In this document: positions 14,341-26,810 of the stretch, piece after piece
Numbering within the stretch: position 1 is the stretch's first letter
How the letters are laid out: each line of letters begins with the position of its first letter
Source: Malacoraja senta
Lineage: Eukaryota
Assembly (NCBI GenBank): GCA_038087875.1
Contig: CM075987.1
Location: forward strand, 23,562,001 to 23,626,000
Reading direction: 5' to 3'
DNA: 64,000 nucleotides
Made by a program: the position numbers and the translations under genes
Notes under the pieces: generated by a model
Told to the model about the DNA's origin: nothing
Database searches by the model: none
What the model saw: the letters and a program-made list of their open reading frames with translations, nothing else

Positions 14341-14567
14341 GCGACCAGATTTTGTTCTTTAAAATCAACAAAAACTTGCAGAACATTTCAGTGTTGCAAC
14401 ACACACAGGGGGCAGATAAAACAACCACCACAAGCAGGGGTGGGGGGAAGCAGATTTACCCCCTCACCCTCCCTGCCTGCCTGCCTGCCCCACACCACAC
14501 ACACACACACACACAGCAGACTCCCTCCCCCTCCCCCTCCCCCTCCCGGTAGGACAAGCAGCCTCAC

Positions 14568-14770
14568 CTGAGGAATCCTCATTCTGTCATCTTTGCCGGG
14601 ACCTGTGTGTTGTCCAGGCAGAGAGAGCCCTCGTCCCGCTGGGCGGCGGCGGCGGCGCTCACTCCCGAAGCTGCAGCCAGCACGGGCAACAAAAACCCCA
14701 ACAGGCTTCAGCAGTCACGCTGATTGACTGGAAAGAGAGGAGTTCCTTAACTCGCCGGGAAGCGAGAAGG

Positions 14771-14814
<44 letters not shown>

Positions 14815-14900
14815 GTCGATTATTTACAACTCCCGTCCGTTCCCTCCCCACAGCGGCTGCCCCGGATACAGAGACCAGCAGACCGACCACACGTCAAAAA
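14568..14900 (-). promoter_or_regulatory. Candidate CpG-rich promoter and first exon of an unidentified minus-strand gene
   Basis: Unique CpG-rich sequence, (GCC)n tract ~14643-14658, strong donor CAG|GTGAGG at 14568/14567, T42 tract at 14772-14813. Confidence 0.45.
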
Positions 14901-14935
14901 CATTCCCAATCCAGCGACAAGCTGAATACAGCTCA

Positions 14936-15700
14936 AACCGTCCCAGTACTGTATACACTCCAACAATATTACCCCAAACCCTCCAGTACTGTATAACTCC
15001 AACAATATTACCCCAAACCGTCCCAGTACTGTATACACTCCAACAATATTACCCCAAACCCTCCCAGTACTGTATACACTCCCAACAAGAATATTACCCC
15101 AAACCCTCCCAGTACTGTGTACACTCCAACAGAATATTACCCCAAACCCTCCCAGTACTGTATACACTCCAACAGAATATTACCCCAAACCCTCCCAGTA
15201 CCGTATACACCCCAACAGAATATTACCCCAAACCCTCCCAGTACCGTATACACCCCAACAGAATATTACCCCAAACCCTCCCAGTACTGTATACACTCCA
15301 ACAATATTACCCCAAACCCTCCCAGTACTGTGTACACTCCAACAGAATATTACCCCACACCCTCCCAGTACTGTATACACTCCAACAGAATATTACCCCC
15401 AAACCCTCCCAGTACTGTGTACACTCCAACAGAATATTACCCCAAACCCTTCCAGTACTGTATACACTCCAACAGAATATTACCACAAACCCTCCCAGTA
15501 CTGTGTACACTCCAACAGAATATTACCCCAAACCCTCCCAGTACAGACTCCAGCAGAACCCTCCCAGTACAGACACACCGGCAGGAAAAAACCTCAACCC
15601 CATATAGGAACCAGCAGAACACAGCTCAGACCCTCCCAGTACAGACTCCAGTAGAATATTACCTCAAACCATCCCAGTATAGACTCCAACAGAACACACC
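14936..15700. repeat. ~43-bp minisatellite (ccctcccagtactgtatacactccaacagaatattaccccaaa)n
   Basis: About 14 well-conserved units to ~15540, then decaying copies. Confidence 0.95.
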
Positions 15701-17954
15701 TGAAACTTTCTGAGTACAGAGACACCAGCACAACACATCACAAACCCAATACAGTCACCAGCAGAACACACCGCAAACTCAATACTTGTTATTCCCTTTA
15801 TCCTGTATCTGTACACTGTGAACGGCTCGATTATAATCATGTGTAGTCTTTCAGCTGACCGGATAGCATGCAACCAAAGCTTGACACTGTACCTTGGTAT
15901 ATGTGACAATAAACTAAACTAAATAAAAACTTGCACAACACACCACAAACTCAAAGGTAGACAAAAGTGCTGGAGAAACTCAGCGGGTGCAGCAGCATCT
16001 ATGGAGAGAAGGAAATAGGCAACGTTTCGGCCCGAAACGTTGCCTATTTCCTTCGCTCCATAGATGCTGCTGCACCCGCTGAGTTTCTCCAGCACTTTTG
16101 TCTCTACCTTCGATTTTCCAGCATCTGCAGTTCCTTCTTAAACACCTCAAACTCAATGCAGTTACCAGCAGAACACACCTTAAACTCAATATAGGAACCA
16201 GCAGAACACACCTCAAACTCTCCCAACACAGAGACAAGCAGAACACACCTCAAAAAAAGGACCCAGCATGCTGGAGTAACTCAGCGAGTCAGGCAGCATC
16301 TCTGGGGGAACATGGATAGGTGACATTTTGGGTCCCTAACCTTCTTCAGAGTCTCCAGAGACTTTGTGTCCTTTCCTGTAAATAAGCATCTGCAGTTCCT
16401 TGTTTCTACATTTCACTGCTCCGCTGTGCAATCTCCGCGAGGTATGCCTACTTTGAAGAAGTTCTCCACCTCTCTCTGAATTCTGTGAGACCTGAGTCTG
16501 AAGACATGCCCCCTTCCATCCATTACTCATGCCCTCCAGAGATGTTCCATATATGTTGTGCTGCTGCAAGTAAGAATTTCATTGCTCTGTTTCGGGACAT
16601 AGGGCAATTAAACTCTCTTGGCTCTCTTAACAAAGCAGCCAGCACAACCCAGCACAAATCCTGCAATATTGGGATTAGTTTAGTGTAATTTAGAGATGCA
16701 GTGCGAAAACAAACCCTTCGGCCCACCGAGTAGGCACCGACCAGCAATCCCCGCACGCTAACACTATCCTACACACACACAAGGGACAATTTACATTTAT
16801 ACTAAGACAATTAACCTACAAACCTGTACGTGTGAGGAAACTGAAGATTCCAGGGAGAAGGTACAAACTGCATACAGACAAGCACCCTATGTCAGGATCG
16901 AACCTGGATTGCTGTAGCTCGACTGCTATGCCACCGTGCCGAAAAACACATCTCAAATACCTTAATACAAAGACCGCAGAACACACCTCAAAGTGTCCCT
17001 CTTCCAAAACAGAGACCAACAACTACCAACAAACCTGAAGATAGACACAAAAAGCTGGAGTAACTCAGCGGGTCAGACAGCATATCTGGAGAATAGAAAT
17101 AGGTGACGTTTCGGGCTGAGATCTTTCTACTCGACCCGAAACGTCACTTATTCCTCTCCAGAGAGGCTGTCTGACCCGCTGAGTTACACCAGCTTGTTAT
17201 GTCTATCTTCAGTTTAAACCAGCTCTCTGCAGTTCCTTCCTACACATCCTACAAACCCGCATGTCTTTGGAGTGTGGGTGGAAACTGGAGCACTCAGGTA
17301 AAACCCAGGCAGCCACAGGGAGAACATGCAATCTCCGTACAGACAGCACCCGTAGTCAGGATCGAACCCGGTTTCCTGGCGCTGTAAGGCAGCAACTCTA
17401 CCGCTGCGCCACCTACTACTTACAGAGTCTTAAAGGAAAGACAGGATGAAGCTAGTTTATGAATGGCTGGGACAGCCTTGGGATCTGTGGCAGGTCAGAT
17501 CAGTTATCCATCCATGGTGCTGTCACAAGACCATAGGACACAGGAGCAGAGTTAGACCATTCGGCCCATCAAGTCTGCTCCTCCATTCGATCAATTTTTC
17601 CCTCTCAACCATTCTTCTGCCTTCTCCCTGTAACCTTTGATGCCCACACTAATCGATGGGTTTCAAGCACAGTCAGTTCCAGGTTCGGAGTTAGTTTTAT
17701 GGTCCTTTGGTCATTAACCATGTCTGAGTGTTGTTTCCCAGGTCGGGGGTTGGTTTCATAGTTTCTGGGTCATGTCTGAGGTTAGTTCCAAGGTCAGGCA
17801 ATCAGAGCCAGAGTCAGGGTTCATTCCCGGGGTCGGCAGCTGTGATTTAATACCCGGTCTTGGGAACGTGCTTCCCTCAGTTCCCTACACTGGCCCAGAG
17901 ATCAGGCCTATCTCAGAGCCCAGACCAACCCAGGCCCAAGCCCGCACACCGAGG

Positions 17955-18243
17955 GCAGCAAGCGGTAGAGTTGCAGGTTCGATCCTGACTACAGGTGCTG
18001 TCTGTACAGAGTTTGTACGTTCTCCCCGTGGCCTGCGTGGGGTTTTCCGGGTACTCCGTTTTCCTCCCACATTCCAAAGACGTCCAGGTTTGTAGGTTAG
18101 TTGGCTGGGTAAAATTGTATATTGTCCCTAGTGTGTGTAGATAGTGTTAGTGTGTGGGGCTCGCTGGTCGGCACGGACTCGGAGGGCCGAAGGGCCGGTT
18201 TCCGTGCTGTATCACTAAACTAAAATAAACTAAACTAAACTAA
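17955..18243 (+). mobile_element. HE1/V-type tRNA-derived SINE (representative; dozens of full or partial copies in the window)
   Basis: B-box ggttcgatcc, central gtttgtacgttctccccgtg...ttcctcccacattccaaagacgt, tail gggccgaagggcc...(taaac)n; others at ~22840-23148, 42505-42790, 47805-48110, 49130-49850, 62745-62980. Confidence 0.85.
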
Positions 18244-19679
18244 GCCCAGGCCGACAGTTCTGACACAAGCCTCTCACTGGCGCAAGCCCAGGCTTTGCGC
18301 GGCTGCCTATCCTGGTCCACAGCCCTGGTCCAGCTCAGTTCCCCTGGACAGACATTCTCACACTGACAAGAAGCTATCCATCTATCTGGACATGAACCAT
18401 GCTACCACCGCACCACTTCACACCATTCACCCCCCCCCCCCCCAAACCTCAAACCCAATAGTCACTCAACCCTGAAATACTGTAGGTCTGGTACAGCCCA
18501 GGTACCAACACCACTCATAAGAACTAGAGTGTGGACTTTGAAAACTGGTGCCAAAACATGGCACTTCCTGCATGCGGCTCAATAGATTATTCCTGTACAC
18601 TCGCTAGTCAAAGATCGGGGGTAGAGTAACACTCCACTGGACTGTAAGGAAAAGAATCTCACTGTGTTAACAATGAACACACATGACAACAAAGCACTAT
18701 TGACTATTCACTAAATCCCAAACCCTAATCTTAGCAGATTTTTTTAAAATCAGGACTGTGTTCTAGATATGCAACCTCTACCTTGTTAACTCCTTAAATA
18801 ATTTTAAACACCTCCTTCACCTTTTATACTCAAGTGAATACAAGTTTACTCAGTGTCTTCAAAATGTACCCTTTTGGCCCCGATATTGTTCTGGTGAATC
18901 CGCACTATTCTCCCAGGCCAATAGGTGCTTTGTGGTGTCTGGTACGCAAAATGGAAAGCAGGGTCCAAGTGTGGTCTAACCAGCACAATACAGAGCTGTG
19001 GCCAAAGTTCTCAACCGATGTAACCAATGCAAGGTGGAAGCTTCTGCAGGCAGGAACTATGGGTCTCCCAGGGCAGTTCTGCTTATGGATTTTGGGGAGA
19101 AGGTAAAGCCGGGACGTGCGGGGCTGGGGAATGATGAGGTTGGAGGATGGAGGGGGGCAGACAGCCAGAAGTGATCAAATCAGAGACGGTCAGAGAGATA
19201 ATGGCCTGGTGCTCGTCTGTGGGGTCATGGTCCAGGGGTAAGTAGGAGGAGGTGGCCGAGGGCTGGGTCTGAAGAAGGGCCAGAGATGCTGCTTGACCCG
19301 CTGAGTTACTCCAGCACTTTTGTGCCTAATCAATGCAAGTGAGTTTTCCTCCCCTCAGCTATACCCTGGTCCAAGATCAGGCTGAAAGCTTCTCATCCTC
19401 TCAAAGCCATTTGGACATGTAATTGTAGGAAAGGCAGAGAGGAATATGGGTCTAATGCGGGTAAATGAGATTAGCATAGGTACGCACCATGGATGGCATG
19501 AACAAGTTTCTCTGTTGTATGATTCTGTGAGCCTCTGCCAGATGAGAATGGGACCTACATTCAGGCTGGCGTCAATGTGGGGAGAGAGGGAAGATATTGC
19601 AAATGAGAGTGAGCCAAGGAATGAGGCAGAATGTGGCATTGGAGAGAGTAAAGAGGGCAAGGCAGGTTATGAGGGTAGA

Positions 19680-20120
19680 GAGTGGGGCGGGGAGGAGAGA
19701 GGGTGAGGCCGGGAGAGAGAGAGAGACGGAGAGGGAGAGGGAGGGGAAAGAGTGCGGCAGAGAGAGTGGCAGGAGAAAGTGAAGGCCATGTAGAGAATAA
19801 GAGGGAGAAAGAGAGAGAGAGAGAGAGTGAGAAAGAGAGATAGTGAGATTGAGAGAGAGAGAGAGAGAGAGAGAGAAGGATAGAGAAAGAGTGTGAGGTA
19901 GAGAGAGAGTGAAGACCACGAGATAGAGGGATAACGAGAGAGAGGCAGGGTGTGGGGCGGAGAGAGTGACGGGGAGAGAGTGAGAATAAGAGAGAGGAGA
20001 GTGTGAGGCAGAGAGAATGGTAGAGAGTAAAGACCATGAGATAGAGAGCAAAGTAGAGAGAGAGAGAGAGAGTGGTAGTGTGAGGCAGAAAGAGTGAGTG
20101 GGAGGGAGAGAGAGAGGGTA
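19680..20120. repeat. (GA)-rich low-complexity tract
   Basis: Purine-rich degenerate GA repeats. Confidence 0.9.
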
Positions 20121-23100
20121 TGGTGGGAATCTCAATAACGTGACTGATAACTGAACAGTTACATCACAAAGCCACTTTACAATTTAATCCGCATGGTCCA
20201 AAGTTGTGCAGTATTGGAGGTTTATAAATGACTCTAGTGACTGCAAGCTACCAAATTGTACCCACTCTGCAAAAACCACAGCATTTCAAAATAACTGCTG
20301 CTCCTGTCTTAACTTGTCCCCAAGTCCTACCCACACATCAACCATTGCCTGCCAGCCTACAGTGGGCTAGGCACACCTTAATTCTCAGATTCTCCACTAC
20401 CATCCATGATCTTGGTCAAGCTTCAGTTCTTGATTAGTACGGGTGCCAGAGGTTGTGGGGAGAAGGCAGGAGAATGGAGTTCGGAGGGAGAGATAGATCA
20501 GCCACGATTGAATGGCGCTGGAGACTTGATGGGCCGAATGGCCTAATTCTACTATTCCTTATGGCCTTATTTGGGGTCATCAAGTGGACACCTCCCTTCA
20601 CTGGTGTTTCGTTGAGTTGAGACTCGATGGGCAGAATGGCCTCTGTCTGTGCTGCAAGAAGGAAATAACGCTAAAAAATACATAACTACCCATTCACTCA
20701 ACCCAGAAATGTAGATAATTTTGTCATTCTCAAAACACTGCTTGCACAAGTTGGCTAAACTGTAATGTTGGCTTCTGTTTCCTCGGTCACAAGAGTGGCC
20801 ACAATGCCAAAATATTGCTTTGGCAGTAAACTATTTTGGCACAACCTAAGGTCATTAAAATCAATATATAGATGGAGTCTTTCATTCTGAGTTAGGGTCA
20901 CCTCCCTTAATAATCTCCGTAGGTGGGTCGATGTCCCAACTCAGTGCCTTGACGAATTCTCTGCCTCAGAGGGCGGTGGAGGCAGGTTCTCTGGATGCTT
21001 TCAAGAGAGAGCTAGATAGGGCTCTTAAAAATAGCGGAGACAGTGGATATGGGGAGAAGGCAGGAACGGGGTACTGATTGGGGATGATCAGCCATGATCA
21101 CATTGAATGGCTCGAAGGGCCAAATGGCCTACTCCTGCACCTATTGTCTATTGTCTATTGATACAATAAGCTGGAGTAACTCAGTGGGTCAGGCAGCATC
21201 TCTGGAGAGAAGGAATGGGTGACGTTTCAGACTCGACCCGAAACATCACCCATTCCTTCTCTCCAGTGATGTTGAGTTAGTCCAGCTTTCTGTGTCTATC
21301 TTTGGTTTAAACCAGCATCTGCAGTTCCTTCCTACACACTCAGTGTCTTGATAGATTTGTGGAACTCTCTCGGGGGGTGTTTCACGGTGTTAAAGGTCTG
21401 CATAAAAGCAGGTTGGTGCTGCAGAGCCAGCGAATGTGAAGTAAAACCTGGGCGTACATTTCAATCAATGTTCCTCTGTTTGTTCTGAGCAAGAGCGTTT
21501 GTGTTTGTTTGAGCTGTGGGTTGAATTCCATTCAGTGGCTCCCTGCTGCTCCCCCCATCTCCTTTTAACAAGGGCTAAGTGAGCCATTAATCTTGCCACT
21601 GACCCCGGGGACCAGCACAGTGACGAACAAACCATCCCTCAACCCAGAGAGAAAACTCCCCGTTTTGTTTTTTAATTTCACATATATTGAAGGAACAATG
21701 ATAGGTTTTGTATTGGGAAGTTTATCATCGACCTGTTTTCCTTTTCATCCCCTGACAAACGGAGTTTAAGGATTTCAAACCAATTCCCTGCCTGTGCGGC
21801 ATTTTGACCGTATGGTTAATATTCAGGATTTCTTCTCCCCCCCCCCCCCTCACCACCACCCTCCTCACCTTCTGCTCACTCACACAGCCACCGACCGCTT
21901 TGTCTCCATGATTTATGCTCTACTGTCCAGGCACAGCAAGTGAATCTGATTCTCGCTTGGCTGACAGGCCAGGACTCTTCCTCTCCATGTCGACACAAAA
22001 ACCTAGAGTAACTCAGCGGGTGACACGGCAACTCTGGAGAGCAGGAATAGGTGACGTTTCGGGTCGAGACCCTTCTTCAGACATTCAGTCACGAGACGTC
22101 ACCCGTTCCTTTTCTCCGGAGATGCTGCCTGACCCGCTGAGTTGCTCCAGCATTTTGCGTCTATCTTCTGGAATTGTGGAATTCCCTGCCACAGAGGGCA
22201 GTGGAGGCCAAGTCACTGGATGGATTTAAGGGAGAGTTAGATAGAGCTCTAGGGGCTGGTGGAATCTAGGGATATGGGGAGAAGGCAGGCACGGGTTATT
22301 GATTGGGGACGATCAGCCATGATTGCAATGAATGGCGGTGCTGGCTCGAAGGGCCGAATGGCCTCCTCCTGCACCTTTTTTCTATGTTTCTATGTTGTAT
22401 GCTTCTAGCCTTGTCCTGGGCGTTATAATGTTCCTGAAAGGTGCATCACAGAGAGACTGTTTCTGAGGGTCAAGACCCAGTCAGAAGGTCACAGGTTCAT
22501 ATTGAGGGAGTGTCGCACCATTGCCATTACTGAGGGAGGAGTTTGTGCCCTTTTATGCCTGCTGCCCTTTTTGAAAGGAAATATCTCTGCTATAGCTTCG
22601 GCAAGGCAACCTCCTCGATTCCTTCCCATAACATCCTGGAAAAAAAAAATCCTGTCAGGCCCTGGGGATTTATCCATCTTAATGCCTCCAACATTTCTTC
22701 CTTCCTGACTTAGATATGTTCCAGAATATCTGCATGTCCTTCCCTAATCTTCCCACCTCCACATCCTTCTCCCCGCTGAATTCCCATGAGAAATATTCAT
22801 TTGGGATCCAGACCATTTCCCCTGGCTCCACACTTACTTTAGACTTTAGACTTGAGAGATACATCGTGGGAACAGGCCCTTTGGCCCACTGAGTCCGCAC
22901 CGACCAGCGATCCCCGCACACTAACACTATCCTACACACACTAGGGACAATTTACATTTATACCAAGCCAATTAACCTACAAACCTGCACATCTTTGGAG
23001 TGTGGGAGGAAACCAGTGCACCCGGAGAAAAACCCACATGGTCACGAGGAGAACGTACAAACTCCGTGCAGGCAGCACCTGTGGTCAGGATCGAACCCGG

Positions 23101-25269
23101 GTCTCTGGTGCTCTAAGACAGCAACTACCGCTGCACTGCAGTGCCTCCCATTACCCATTTGATCACTGAGGGACTCACTCTTTCTCCAGCTAATCGCTTG
23201 CTTCAAATATAGTTATAAAAGGTTTGGGGATTTTCCTTTTCCCCCCTCTTACCAAGACCATTTCATATCCTCTTTTTGCTCTCTTAATTTATTTCTTAAA
23301 TTCTCACATACACCCTCTGCAAACCTCAAAGGACTCACTCGATACCAAAGGCCGACACCTGACACAAGCCTCCTTCTTATTTCTGACTAAACCTACAATT
23401 TCCTTTGCTAGCCAAGGTTCTCTAATCCTGCCACCGTTGCCTCTTACCCTGACTGGAATAAGCTGACTCTGAGATCTGACTATCTTGCTTTTAATGCCTC
23501 ACACGTTTGTTAGATTCTTTTCCCCTTAAAGAGCCTTGTGATGCCTGTAGGCGGCATGAATAATCAGTTGGCAGATGACACAATAGAACCAGTAATGTCG
23601 GTGATAATTATGAGAATAGTCACAGACTCGTAATCAGCATTAATTAGTTGGCAAAAACAGAAAATGTTGGAAATACTCAGCAGGACGGCCCGCATCTGTG
23701 GGAAAAGTAACATAGCTAGTTCCTAACTTCATAGGTGCTAGGAGCAGAATTAGGCCATTCGGCCCATCAAGTCTACTCCTTCATGGCTGATTTATCTTTC
23801 CCTCAACCCCATTCCCCTGCCTTTGCCCCATAACCCCAGACACCTGTACTGATCAAGAATCTGTCCAACTCCACCTTAAAAATATCCATTAACCTGGCCT
23901 CCACAACTATCGGTGGCAATGAATTGCACAGACTCACCACCCTCTGACTAAAGAAATTCCTCCTCGTCTCCTTTCTGAAGGTACATCCATTTACTCTGAG
24001 GCTATGGCCTCTGGTCCTAGACTCTCCCACTAGTGGAAACATCCTCTCCACATCCACTCTATCCAGGCCCTTCACTATTCGGTAAGTTGCAATGAGGTAT
24101 TTGCCCTTGTCCGTGATGACAATGTGGGTCTTTTGCACACACCTCTTGGATGGATGTGACTTTAGTTTAATGCCGCCCGCACCTGACAACAATGAGACAG
24201 ACCTTCAGTGTGTAGAAAGGAACTGCAGATGCCGGTATATACTGAAGAGAGACACACAGTCTTGGAGTAATTCAGCGGGTCAGGCAGCATCTCTGGAGAA
24301 AAGGAATAGGTGACGTTTCGGATCGAGACCCTTCTTCAGACCCTTCATAAATTCAACAGTCTTAGGAGCAGAAGAAGGCCATTCAGCCCATCAAGTCTAT
24401 TCCGCCATTCAATCATGGCTGATCTATCTTACCCTCTCAACCCCATTCCCCAGCCTTCCCCCCAAAACCTCCGACACCCGTACTAATCAAGTATCTGTTA
24501 ATCTCCGCCTTAAGGCTACCCAAATGACTTGGCCTCCCCAGATCTGAAGGGAGATCTCGACCCGAAAGGTCACCCATTCCTCCTCTCCAGAGATGCTGCC
24601 TGACCCCCTGGGTTACTCCAGCACTTGGTGTCTACCTTCAGTGTAGACTTTCAGTGCAACCCACAACCTCTGTCTCAGACAGCAGGCTGCTGCCTCCCAG
24701 CCAGGGCCAATGCCATCACTCCCACTCACCCTTTCAGTTCATCTTTTCCTCGCCGCAAGCATGGACGTTCCACTCCGAACCCACACCCGACAGACAGCAA
24801 GCCGATTCACACAGGGCAAAGCGATGGCAGAGATTATTTCACTCTTTCAGCGAACTTCCCTTTCTTGTGGCGTTCGAAGTGAGCTGCAGACAGGAAACAT
24901 TTAATAGGAAACTGGCAGCGATGACTCTTTCCGTTGAGCGACTGTCTCACTGAGTCCGCGTGTCCTCAGCTGGCAGACAGTGGCACCGGCCTTTTGCCAG
25001 CACGGACTCAGGACCACAGGGTAGAATCAGATTCACCCACCAGTGGAAACTATGAACCCAGGCAGAACCAGTTCAACGGAGTGATTCATTCCCCTGTGAT
25101 TCACTTTAGACCCTGTGTTTAGTGTAGTCTAGTTTAGTTTAGAGATACAGGCCCATTGGCCAACCAAGTCAGCGCCGACCAGCGATCCCCGCACACCAAC
25201 ACTACCCGACACACACTAGGGACAATTTACATTCATACCAAGCCAATTAACCTACAAACCTGTACGTCT

Positions 25270-25706
25270 GGGCTTGTACAATCTGGAGTTTAGAAGGATG
25301 AGAGGGCATCTCATTGAGACATATACAGTAAGATTGTTAAGGGCTTGGACACGCTAGAGGCAGGAAACATGTTCCTGATGTTGGGGGAGTCCAGAACCAG
25401 GGGCCACACGCAGTTTAAGAATAAGGAGTAAGCCATTTAGAACGGAGACGAGGAAACACTTTTTCTCACAGAGAGTGGTGAGTCTGTGGAATTCTCTGCC
25501 TCAGAGGGCGGTGGAGGCAGGTTCTCTGGATGCTTTCAAGAGAGAGCTAGATAGGGCTCTTACAAATAGCGGAGTCAGGGGATATGGGGAGAAGGCAGGA
25601 ACGGGGTACTGATTGGGGATGATCAGCCATGATTACATTGAATGGCGGTGCTGGCTCGAAGGGCCAAATGGCCTGCTCCTGCACCTATTGTCTATTGTCT
25701 ATTGTC
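25270..25706 (+). mobile_element. CR1 3' fragment inserted in a minus-strand HE1 SINE
   Basis: SINE interrupted at ...cctgtacgtct | ttggagtgtggg... Confidence 0.88.
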
Positions 25707-26435
25707 TTTGGAGTGTGGGAGGAACCCGAAGATCTCGGAGAAAACCCATGTGGTCACGGGGAGATCGTACAAACTCCGTACAGACAGCACCCGTGGTTGG
25801 GATCGAACCCGGGTCTCTGGCGCTGAAAGCATTTTGAGGCAGCAACTCTACCCCTGCTCCACCGTGCAGCCCTGTGTGTTCCTCCGTCAGTACCAATACA
25901 TGTGTAGCACAGAATGTGAAGGGAAGAACTGCAGTTGCTGGTTCACACAGAAGAAAGGCGCAAAATATGGGGTAGCTCAGCGGGTCAGGCAGCATCTCTG
26001 GAGAAAAGGATCAGGTGAATGCAGCATTTGGTGTCTATCTTCGGTGTAAACCAGCATCTGCAGTTCCTTCATTATACGAACAGGTGACATTTCGGGTCTG
26101 AAGAGAGGTCTCGACACGAAACGTCACCTATTCCTTTTCTCCGGAGATGCTGCCTGACCCGCTGAGTTACTCCAGCATTTTGTGTCTATCTTCATTTGCA
26201 GTACAGCGTGGATGAAAGGGATCAAACCCAAGAAGTGTTCCTTCTCAATGATTTTCCAATATGTCGGAAGCAGCTTCTTTCAGCGGGGAAAAATACGTAA
26301 ATATGTAGTCCCTTCAATATAGAACATAGAATAGTACAGAACAGGAACAGGCCCTCTGGCCCACAACGTGTGTGCTCAACATGATGCCAAGTTAAACTAA
26401 TTACTCTGGAACGCCAGAGACCCGGGTTCGATCCC

Positions 26436-26810
26436 ATCTTCTCCGTGGATTGTCACCTTGTCGTGGTGGAGAAGCTTGCGTGGACCTGAGATCCTGAGAG
26501 CGATGCCGTCTGGAGCTATGCTCCTGGTAGGGTCACCCATGGCGGTAAGGTCGAGGGGGAGGTCTCTGACAAAGAGCCAATCCAACCAAGACCTCAACGG
26601 TGGAACAGGCGGAGGACGATGGCTGACTTTAGTGGAGTGTCACAATGGCTGGGAAGGCGGATGAAGGCTGCAGTAGAAAAGGGTCCCCGGTCGTCTTGGA
26701 CTCCATGCCACTGGATCCTGACCCAGATCTGTCAAGGACCGTGGGGTGGCTGCCTGTGCACCAGTCTCCCCACGTTAAACAAAGTCACGCACAGGCGTCC
26801 TCAAAGGACA
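26436..26810 (+). mobile_element. RTE-clade (Expander/BovB-like) LINE 5' UTR fragment
   Basis: caccttgtcgtggtggagaagcttgcgtg...gctatgctcctggtagggtcacccatggcgg resembles recalled RTE 5' regions. Confidence 0.6.

Noticed and set aside
13452..14552. 366-, 262- and 252-aa ORFs
   Set aside because: Translations of a C/T low-complexity tract and (CA)n; open only because the composition lacks stop codons.
14936..15713. Regular repeat array resembling a CRISPR, and a 198-aa repetitive ORF
   Set aside because: Units are contiguous with no unique spacers, the context is eukaryotic and there are no cas genes; it is a minisatellite.
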